From a virus (lineage: Duplodnaviria > Caudoviricetes), in IMG/VR virus record IMGVR_UViG_3300048693_000367, positions 32,001 to 96,000 of that record: a DNA stretch of 64,000 nt, one strand, 5' to 3'. This document shows, piece after piece, positions 29,758-37,539 of this stretch (positions are counted from its first letter, which is position 1; each line of letters opens with the position of its first letter). Under the pieces are notes generated by a model. It did not search any database. It worked only from the letters and a program-made list of their open reading frames with translations, and was not told where the DNA came from. Position numbers and translations under genes: made by a program.

Positions 29758-30276
29758 ATGCAAAAACTCTATGATATATCTAAAGAATATTTAGAAGAAC
29801 ATTATATAAAACAGCAAAAAAGCGCACAACAAATTTGCAACGAACTAAATATTAAATCCAAAACCGTTATCTTAAGACTCCTTAAAAAATATAATATTCC
29901 TTCCAATAGTCAATTCGGCAAACCCAACAAAAACACTAAAAAATTTGGAGATATTCATCAGTCTTATATTTGTACTTTACGACTCAGAGCAAAAAATAAA
30001 AAAATTGACTTTAATTTAGATGGGGACTATTTATGGAAATTATTTTTAAAACAAAAACGTAAATGCGCATTGTCTGGTTTATTATTAGTATTCCCAAAAG
30101 CGTGGGGAATTAAATCAAAAACCAATATCACAGCATCTTTAGACAGAATTGACTCTAAACTTGGCTATGTTAAAGGTAATGTTCAATGGGTACACAAAAC
30201 AATTAACACAATGAAAATGAACATGAGCGATAATGAATTTATTTACTTTTGTAAAAAGGTTGCTGACTATTCATGA
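29758..30276 (+). CDS. Free-standing HNH-like homing endonuclease (SLDRIDS..GY family) with N-terminal HTH
   Basis: KCALSG, ASLDRIDSKLGYVKGNVQWVHKTINTMK. Confidence 0.8.
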   Translation: MQKLYDISKEYLEEHYIKQQKSAQQICNELNIKSKTVILRLLKKYNIPSNSQFGKPNKNTKKFGDIHQSYICTLRLRAKNKKIDFNLDGDYLWKLFLKQKRKCALSGLLLVFPKAWGIKSKTNITASLDRIDSKLGYVKGNVQWVHKTINTMKMNMSDNEFIYFCKKVADYS

Positions 30277-31316
30277 TTATAACCTATCTAAGGAGTTCAA
30301 GTTATGGAACTCATTCTTTTTGTCCAATGCAATATTTTATTGAATATAATTTGGGCATTAGATCTCCCTCAAATAAAAAAGCCGATAAAGGCACTATTTG
30401 TCATAAGGTATTAGAAATTTTAGCTCATATTAAATTATGCACCCAGAATAATCAAAGTATTTATATTGACGATATTATTGGCGATGTTGATATAAATAAG
30501 TATAATTTGACCCATATCATCGAGCAGGTTTACAAATACTATACTGCTCAGTTTAAACACCACGAATGGACGGCCAAAGACTATAAAGACTGCCTCCTAT
30601 GGGTAAATAAAGCAATCACAGACCACAATGGTAACTTTGATCCACGCAACAGAGACATACTACAACCAGAACAACATTTTGATATCGTGATCAATAAGCC
30701 TTGGGCTTATTATAAATATAAAACTAAAACTGAAGATTTAGAAGGTCATTTAGCCATAAAAGGAACAATTGATCTTATTACTAAAGTAAATGATGATACA
30801 ATAGAAATTATAGACTGGAAAACTGGTCGTAGATTAGATTGGGCAACCGGAGAGGAAAAAACTCTCGCCAAGTTGCAAAATGATCCACAATTAAGAATTT
30901 ATCATTATGCTGTTAGCGCATTGTATCCAAATATATCACATATAATTTTTACAATCAATTTTATAAATGATGGTGGGGCTTTCAGTGTTTGTTATGACAA
31001 ATCGGATTTGCCTAAAACAGAAGATATGATTAGGCAAAAGTTCGAAACCATAAAAAGCACCAAAGTTCCTCAGTTGAATAAAAGCTGGAAGTGCAATAAG
31101 CTATGTCATTTTGGAAAAACAACTTTTGAAAATACCCATGTTCTGCCGATACTAGAATATAGAGATGGACAATTATGTAAAGTTGATACGCATATGACCA
31201 AGTGTGAACAGCTTAAGCACGATATCGAACTAAAAGGTATGGATGTGGTGGTTGACGAATACACTTTTCCAGGTTATAGTATTGGTGCCTACAAGGCCCC
31301 AGGATCTGCTGAATAG
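30273..31316 (+). CDS. PD-(D/E)XK RecB/AddB/Cas4-like exonuclease
   Basis: CPMQY, GTICHKVLE, PEQHF, KGTIDL, IIDWKTG, QLRIY and a C-terminal Cys cluster. Confidence 0.8.
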   Translation: MIITYLRSSSYGTHSFCPMQYFIEYNLGIRSPSNKKADKGTICHKVLEILAHIKLCTQNNQSIYIDDIIGDVDINKYNLTHIIEQVYKYYTAQFKHHEWTAKDYKDCLLWVNKAITDHNGNFDPRNRDILQPEQHFDIVINKPWAYYKYKTKTEDLEGHLAIKGTIDLITKVNDDTIEIIDWKTGRRLDWATGEEKTLAKLQNDPQLRIYHYAVSALYPNISHIIFTINFINDGGAFSVCYDKSDLPKTEDMIRQKFETIKSTKVPQLNKSWKCNKLCHFGKTTFENTHVLPILEYRDGQLCKVDTHMTKCEQLKHDIELKGMDVVVDEYTFPGYSIGAYKAPGSAE

Positions 31317-31464
31317 AATTGATAGTTCAAAAGGATACATCCAAAGCAATGTTTGGTGGGTCAAAAAAGATATCAATAAAATGAAACTAGACTTTCCTTT
31401 GCATACGTTTATTGCATTATGTGAAAAGGTCGTAGCCAACAAGGAGAAAATTGGATGGACATGA
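31312..31464 (+). pseudogene. C-terminal remnant of an SLDRIDS..GY-family homing endonuclease
   Basis: NRIDSSKGYIQSNVWWVKKDINKMK..F...FIALCEKV matches the C-termini of 3156, 5560 and 29758. No N-terminal part. Its stop overlaps the dnaE ATG. Confidence 0.75.
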
Positions 31465-32892
31465 GCAATTATATACCGCTTCATGTCCATTCCTAAGTGG
31501 GCCATGTTCTCACTTCTGGATGGACTCTCAAAACCTGAGCAAATTGCAGAGCGTTGTAAAGAGATAGGTGCAAAAGCATGTGCGCTAACTGATCACGGTA
31601 ATATTGCCGGAGCAGTTAAGTTTTATTCGGCCATGAAAAGCGCCGGTGTGAAACCTATTCTTGGTTGCGAACTATATATATGTGATCAAGACCCAACCAT
31701 AAAAGAAAAAGATAACAAAAATCTTAGTCATTTTATAGTGTTGGCCAAAAACTATAATGGATGGAAAGATCTAATTAAGATTGTTTCTGAATCTAATAAG
31801 CCAGAACACTATTATCATAAGCCAAGATTAGATCTTAAAACTATACAATCTTTGAATCGTGGTAATCTTATTGCTGTTACCGGGCATTTAGGATCAACAT
31901 TAGCAGATATTATTCTGGATAATTATAGTCTCAAATCTGATTGGTTGGAATTGGGCAAACAGCATATCTCAACATTAAAGGATATTTTTGGAGATTTTGT
32001 ATTTCTAGAAGCCCAACTAATGGACAAAGACAATCTGCTTGTACAAAATATACTAACAGACGCTATTAGACAGTTGGGGAAAATTACAAACACTAAGGTT
32101 ATTTGCACTCCTGATGCTCACTATTGTCGTAGAGAGGACGCTATTGATCAAAGAATTCTTCTGTGTAATAATCTTAAAATAACATTTCCTGATATTAGTC
32201 GTAAGATTAGTAATGATGAAGACATTCCAATGGGATGTTTTTTCACTTCGGATAATTATCATATTCCATCACAAGAAGAGATGAAAGAGTGGCATACAAA
32301 AGAAGAAATAGAAAATACTAATTTTGTATCAGACTTAATAGAAGAATATGATATACTTAGCAAACCAAAGCTACCACCCTTTGATTGTCCTAATAATTTA
32401 TCTCAAGATGAATATCTCAGAGAATTATGTAGAAAGGGCTGGAAAGATAAGATAGCTAATGTTATACCACAAGATCAGCAACAGCAATATATAGATCGTA
32501 TCAAAAACGAACTAGATGTTTTACAGGGTGCTGGGTTGAGTAGTTATTTTCTAATAGTACAAGACATTGTTAATTATGTTAGAAAAAACGTATGGCTTCC
32601 GGGACCAGGTAGAGGATGTTTTTTACCAGACTCTAGAGTTTTAACTCCAAGTGGTGAACTCATACCTATTGTTAATATGAATATTGGTGATGAAGTTATC
32701 GATGCTTATGGTAATAAGCAAAAAATAACTAATACTTTTCAATACGAGGTCGAAGAAGAAATACTACAATTAGAGCTAGAGAACGGCAAGATTATAAGAT
32801 GCACCAAAGACCATAAATTCTTGACCAAGAATAGAGGGTGGGTAGAAGCGCAATATCTCACAGAACTAGATGATTTGGTTGAAGTTAAATAA
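31461..32892 (+). CDS. dnaE: DNA polymerase III alpha, part 1 (PHP domain) fused to split-intein N half; frame interrupted at 31494-31503
   Basis: MSNYIPLHVHS* (31461-31496), then MFSLLDG, TDHG, GCE, DAHY, ELDVL...SYFLIV.D and GPGRG|CF in the +1 frame. Confidence 0.85.
32617..32892 (+). mobile_element. Split intein N-fragment (91 aa)
   Basis: CFLPDSRVLT...IRCTKDHKFLT..GWVEAQYL..DDLVEVK* (blocks A and B), then a stop. Confidence 0.9.
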
Positions 32893-32942
32893 AAAGAACC
32901 CCGACCAAGACTTTTGGTGTAATCTAGACCAGGAGAATAAAG

Positions 32943-33737
32943 ATGAAATACATTACACAACAATATCTAATCGACAATAATTACTCGACCAAAGGTATAT
33001 CAAATATCTCTTTTAAGGGAAAATGTCAAAAATGTAAAAACAATTTTAAATATTCTAGTTTGAAAAAATTTCTACAAAATAGAAAAGATTTATCTAAAGA
33101 CCAATGGATGTTATGTCAAAAATGTTTTTTGCGATTAAAAACCGCGGATAATCCTGTATGGTTAGAAAAAAATAGACAAGCACAGATTATTGCTCAAAAT
33201 AAACCAGAACAAATACAAAAAAATAAAATAGGAGTTTCCAACTCTTGGTCAAAAGAACGCAAAGCCAAAGCGTCTGAACATCTTAAAAAAAGATGGAATA
33301 ACGATGAACAGTTTAAAAATATCGCTCTACAAAATCTACAGCATAATCCGGATAATTTTATCAAAGGAATAGGTTCTGGTGGCTTAAAAGGAATATACAG
33401 TAATATACCATATCATAGCGCGTTAGAGCTATCTTTTATATTGTGGTGCGAATCAAAAAATATATCTATTAAAAGATACGATCTTGATCCAATAGAATAT
33501 TTAGATGAAAATAAGAACATTAGACAATACTATCCAGACTTCATAATTAACAAAACAACTATAGTAGAAATAAAAGGTAAAGGAATATGGTATCAAAAAA
33601 ATTACGAAAGAAATATATGTAAAATACAAGAAGCAAAAAAACAGTCAAAAAATTATTGCGTATATTATGACATTGATGAACAGACTAAATTATTTTATAA
33701 GAAGGCAAGGAGACTGCATCGTGAGAATCAAAAATAA
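32943..33737 (+). CDS. Free-standing endonuclease (TnsA-N-like PD-(D/E)XK) between the split-intein halves
   Basis: CxxC..CxxC, NUMOD-like basic helices, YHSALE..F, YYPDFII..IVEIKG; SD AGGAG. Confidence 0.75.
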   Translation: MKYITQQYLIDNNYSTKGISNISFKGKCQKCKNNFKYSSLKKFLQNRKDLSKDQWMLCQKCFLRLKTADNPVWLEKNRQAQIIAQNKPEQIQKNKIGVSNSWSKERKAKASEHLKKRWNNDEQFKNIALQNLQHNPDNFIKGIGSGGLKGIYSNIPYHSALELSFILWCESKNISIKRYDLDPIEYLDENKNIRQYYPDFIINKTTIVEIKGKGIWYQKNYERNICKIQEAKKQSKNYCVYYDIDEQTKLFYKKARRLHRENQK

Positions 33738-34572
33738 GAAAATTATTCAATACAAAGGATATGTTCATGATTTATCTGTTCAAAATTCAAAAACATATAA
33801 TATCGAAGGAATAGCGGTTCATAATAGTGCGGCAGGTTGTCTAGTATCATATCTTATTGGTATCACCAGCATAGATCCAATTAAGTATAATCTATTGTTT
33901 CAGAGGTTTTACAACGAAGGAAGAAATACTAAAGACCATATATCCATGCCAGATATTGATGTGGACGTACCGATCAACAAAAGAGAATTAATCATACAAT
34001 ATATTAAGGATAAATATGGTTATGATAAAGTTTCTCAGATGGTAACGTTTAATACCATCAAAGGACGAGGAGCACTAAAAGACGTATTAAGAGTATATGG
34101 TAATATTAGTTTTGAAGAAATGAATACTATCACTAAAAATATACCGGACGAGGCCAAAATTGCGGACGAATTGCAAGAAATGAAAGAAGAAACTGGAGAA
34201 GCATCTATCATAAGATGGGCATTAGAAAATAATGCTGAAAAACTCAAGGATTGGTGTTATATTGACGATAATGGAGAATTGCAGGGGCCTTTGGCAAAAA
34301 GGTTCGAGCAGGCTATTAGATTAGAGGGTACAAAATCCAATCAGTCAAAACACGCAGCCGGTATTGCTATCAGTTCAGAGCCACTAGGAGATTTATGTCC
34401 CATGGTTTACGATAGTAAAAACGAACAACTTATTGCTGGCATGGAGATGCAAGACTTAGAAAATATTGGCATTATCAAGTTCGATATTCTCGGAGTTGCA
34501 ATGTTGGATAAAGTTATGACTATTACAGACCTATTAAAACAAGGAGTAAAAAATGAGCCAAGTACAATTTAA
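33721..34572 (+). CDS. dnaE: Split-intein C half (35 aa) fused to DNA polymerase III alpha, part 2 (palm)
   Basis: SD AGGAG and GTG start; RIKNKKIIQYKGYVHDLSV..TYNIEGIAVHN|SAAGCLVSYLIGITSIDP, MPDIDVD, SKHAAG and KFDILG motifs. Confidence 0.9.
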   Translation: MRIKNKKIIQYKGYVHDLSVQNSKTYNIEGIAVHNSAAGCLVSYLIGITSIDPIKYNLLFQRFYNEGRNTKDHISMPDIDVDVPINKRELIIQYIKDKYGYDKVSQMVTFNTIKGRGALKDVLRVYGNISFEEMNTITKNIPDEAKIADELQEMKEETGEASIIRWALENNAEKLKDWCYIDDNGELQGPLAKRFEQAIRLEGTKSNQSKHAAGIAISSEPLGDLCPMVYDSKNEQLIAGMEMQDLENIGIIKFDILGVAMLDKVMTITDLLKQGVKNEPSTI

Positions 34573-34744
34573 AGATGTTGGTGAAAATACAACGTTTAAA
34601 TCAAATGGTATAGAATACAAAAAGATACCTATGGTTAAAATTAGTTGCTGTCGATCAATAAACGCTGAACAGGTCGACAATCCTGCTCAAAGAACATTCG
34701 TTCCACCAAACACAGAGGTTGAAGTTAATGATCAACAACAATAA
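34553..34744 (+). CDS. Small hypothetical protein
   Basis: SD AAGGAG; 63 aa; overlaps both neighbours. Confidence 0.55.
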   Translation: MSQVQFKDVGENTTFKSNGIEYKKIPMVKISCCRSINAEQVDNPAQRTFVPPNTEVEVNDQQQ

Positions 34745-35426
34745 GATTTGTGTTTTTGATTTTGAGACCGATGGTTCTGATCCGCGATCATGTAGTCCGG
34801 TACAAATTGCTGCTTTAATTATTGACCCTATTAATCTAGAGATCGTAGAAGGATCCGAACTTAATGTGTTTTTTAAACCAGAAGTTTTGGAAAACAATGA
34901 TAATTATACATATGAAACAGATATCCTAGACTTTCATTCCAAAGTAAAAGGATGTTCTAAAGACGATGTTTTAAAGTCCTGGTATAATTATCCAAAACAA
35001 GATCATTCTTGGAAAATGTTTGTTAATTATTTAGATAAATATCATTCTAGAAGTTCTAAAAAGAGTCAGTTTAGTGCTCCTATTGCTGCTGGCTATAATA
35101 TCAACAGATTCGATCTGCATATCGTTGACAGACTAAGCAATAAATATGGTAATCTGAATAAAGAACAAAGAACAAACTTATTCTATCCTAGAGATGTTAT
35201 AGATGCTATGAATTTAGTATTTTATTGGTTTGAACACAACAACGAACTAAAAAGTTACACACTAGATAGTCTAAGAGAATATTTTGGCATATCAAAAGAT
35301 GGTGGTCATGATGCTCTAAAAGACGTTAAAGATACAGCCGCAATTATTATTAGATTTCTAAAATTACACAGAAGCTTGGGACAAAAAGTTAAATTTAAAA
35401 ATTCATTTATAGACAATAATGACTAA
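34728..35426 (+). CDS. DEDDh 3'-5' exonuclease (DnaQ/epsilon-like)
   Basis: VFDFETDG, GYNINRFD and HDALKDV motifs. Confidence 0.85.
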   Translation: MINNNKICVFDFETDGSDPRSCSPVQIAALIIDPINLEIVEGSELNVFFKPEVLENNDNYTYETDILDFHSKVKGCSKDDVLKSWYNYPKQDHSWKMFVNYLDKYHSRSSKKSQFSAPIAAGYNINRFDLHIVDRLSNKYGNLNKEQRTNLFYPRDVIDAMNLVFYWFEHNNELKSYTLDSLREYFGISKDGGHDALKDVKDTAAIIIRFLKLHRSLGQKVKFKNSFIDNND

Positions 35427-37035
35427 AACATATCAGTATTCTTGCGGATGTAGTTTCAATTTGATTAATAATAGTTTAGATCAAGGAGTTATTTTTGATC
35501 CTACTATTGAAAATATTAATCTGGATTGTCAACGAACATGGAATTTGATTTCTGATGGAAATACTAAAGGGTGTTTTCAGTTGGAGTCTCGTCTTGGACG
35601 ATCTATGGCTAAAAAACTAAAGCCAGAAAATATAGAACAGCTTTCTGCTTTAATAGCCATTTTAAGACCAGGAACCTTAGAGGCTATGAGAGATGGAAAA
35701 AGTGTTACTAATCATTATATAGATAAAAAAAATGGTCTAGAATCGGTAGATTATTTTCATCCATCATTAGAACCCATATTAAACAATACATATGGTGAAA
35801 TGGTTTATCAAGAACAGGCTATGGAAATTACAAAGGTAGTAGCGGGGTTTAATTTGCAAGAAGCAGATATGTTAAGAAAAGCCATCGGCAAAAAGAAGCC
35901 CGAAGAAATGGCTAAGGTTAAAAGTAAGTTTTTAGAAGGTGCTAAAAGATTAGGCATAGTTTCACTAGATGAGGCAGAACAAATCTTCGGTTGGATTGAA
36001 AAAAGTCAAAGATATTCATTTAATAAGTCTCATAGTGTTAGCTATGCGATAAATGCGTACCTATCAGCGTATGCTAAGGCACACTTTCCAAGAATATTTT
36101 TTGCATCATATTTAAGGTTTGCCAAAGATAAAATAGATCCTCAAGCAGAAATTAAAGAACTAGTACAAAATGCCAATGAAATGGATGTACTAGTCAAAAC
36201 CCCCGATCTGCGTAATATGAATGAATTCTTTGTATTAAAAAACAATAGTATATACTTTGGTTTAACGGATATTAAAGGTGTTGGCAAATCAGTTTTTGAT
36301 AAGTTGACCAATATATCTAGTACTATAGATCTAAATAAAATAAGTTGGTTGGAATTATTATTTAAAATTCTAAACAATATCAACTCAACTGCTGCTAAAG
36401 CCTTGATCCAGAGTGGGGCGACCAACTTTATTAACAAAACTAGAAATAGTATGCTTTTTGAATATAATCTAATTAGTGGATTAACAAAAAAAGAAATAGA
36501 GCATATCGTTAATAACTTAAATAGTTTCGATACTTTGCAACAATCGTTAGAATATCTGCTAACATTACCAAAGATTAATAAAAATCGTAAAAAAAATATA
36601 GAGGATACGATATATTCGTTGATGAATCCGCCGTATTCATTAGAAGATACTGCCGAATGGCTGGCAGATTCTGAGGATACACTATTAGGCTGTTCGATTA
36701 CATGCTCTAAGCTTGATATGTATGATATTAGTATGACAAACATAACATGCAAAGAACTTAAAACCACACTATCCAAAGACAACCTAATTTTAGGTGGAGA
36801 AATTGATTTTATAAATATTACAAAAACCAAAACCGGTAAAACTAAAGGGGCAGAAATGGCTTTTGTTACCATGACCGACAGCACCGGTACAATAGATTCT
36901 ATTGTCTTTTTTCCCGAAAAGTATAAAGAATATAAAAATCTACTATTTCAAGGAAATATTATTATCGTAAAGGGTGGAAAGTCAAAAAATGGCGATGGAC
37001 TAATTGTAGAAAAAGCATATGTGGCCCGTACTTGA
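35419..37035 (+). CDS. dnaE: DNA polymerase III alpha, part 3 (fingers, HhH, OB fold)
   Basis: GNTKGCFQLES, ILRPG, TYGEMVYQEQ, ADMLRKAIGKK, YSFNKSHSVSY, GLTDIKGVG and MAFVTMTD motifs. Confidence 0.9.
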   Translation: MTKTYQYSCGCSFNLINNSLDQGVIFDPTIENINLDCQRTWNLISDGNTKGCFQLESRLGRSMAKKLKPENIEQLSALIAILRPGTLEAMRDGKSVTNHYIDKKNGLESVDYFHPSLEPILNNTYGEMVYQEQAMEITKVVAGFNLQEADMLRKAIGKKKPEEMAKVKSKFLEGAKRLGIVSLDEAEQIFGWIEKSQRYSFNKSHSVSYAINAYLSAYAKAHFPRIFFASYLRFAKDKIDPQAEIKELVQNANEMDVLVKTPDLRNMNEFFVLKNNSIYFGLTDIKGVGKSVFDKLTNISSTIDLNKISWLELLFKILNNINSTAAKALIQSGATNFINKTRNSMLFEYNLISGLTKKEIEHIVNNLNSFDTLQQSLEYLLTLPKINKNRKKNIEDTIYSLMNPPYSLEDTAEWLADSEDTLLGCSITCSKLDMYDISMTNITCKELKTTLSKDNLILGGEIDFINITKTKTGKTKGAEMAFVTMTDSTGTIDSIVFFPEKYKEYKNLLFQGNIIIVKGGKSKNGDGLIVEKAYVART

Positions 37036-37059
37036 CACAGGACAGCCACATTTTATAAT
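37032..37059 (+). promoter_or_regulatory. Sigma70-type promoter upstream of ssb
   Basis: TTGACA (37032-37037), 16-nt spacer, TATAAT (37054-37059). Confidence 0.75.
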
Positions 37060-37105
37060 ATGGTAGTTTGGTACATTTGGGTTTTTAACTTTTAAAGGAG
37101 CGATT

Positions 37106-37471
37106 ATGAATATTGTAATGCTAAGGGGTAATCTAGCTAGGGATCCTGAACTACGTAAGGTTGGCGACAAGCAAACATCTGTTGTTAATTTTACTGTAGC
37201 AACTTCTAGAGAGTTTACAAAGGCCGATGGATCACAAGATAAGATCACATCTTTTATTCAATGTGAAGCATGGGATAGCGGAGCAGATGCTATTGCTTCG
37301 TCGTTTAAGAAGGGTGATCTTGTGATGGTTGAAGGCTCTTTAAGGAATGACAGCTGGGAAAAGGATGGCGTAAAGCATAGTACTCTTAAGGTAAGAGTCA
37401 ATAACTTTGCCAAGATTCAAAAGACTAAGCGATCCGAAAAGACCGTAGAAGCAGAACCAGTAGCGTTCTAA
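37106..37471 (+). CDS. ssb: Single-stranded DNA-binding protein
   Basis: MNIVMLRGNLARDPELR, FIQCEAW, KKGDLVMVEGSL; SD AAGGAG. Confidence 0.92.
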   Translation: MNIVMLRGNLARDPELRKVGDKQTSVVNFTVATSREFTKADGSQDKITSFIQCEAWDSGADAIASSFKKGDLVMVEGSLRNDSWEKDGVKHSTLKVRVNNFAKIQKTKRSEKTVEAEPVAF

Positions 37472-37483
37472 AGGGAAGTCCAT

Positions 37484-37521
37484 GGGAATCTCTAGTACTA
37501 TAATGGTGCTAGAGATTTTCC
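37484..37521 (+). terminator. Stem-loop / probable terminator after ssb
   Basis: GGGAATCTCTAGTAC...GTGCTAGAGATTTTCC inverted repeat. Confidence 0.65.
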
Positions 37522-37539
37522 TTGGATAATACTCATAAT

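Noticed and set aside
31243-31311. N-terminal part of the track ORF 31243-31464
   Set aside because: It overlaps the end of the exonuclease gene out of frame. Only the portion from about 31312 resembles the endonuclease family.
30273-31316. Cas4-like nuclease as evidence of CRISPR-Cas
   Set aside because: No array or other cas genes were seen. Standalone RecB/Cas4-like nucleases are common in phage replication modules.
32893-33720. Group I intron interrupting the dnaE intein
   Set aside because: Only about 50 nt of non-coding sequence is present, too little for a ribozyme core. The downstream half has its own SD and start codon, which fits a split intein.
36141-36884. 247-aa antisense ORF and the other short opposite-strand ORFs in the track (e.g. 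13957-14373, 58210-58698, 61996-62424)
   Set aside because: They are shadow frames of well-supported genes with no recognisable motifs.
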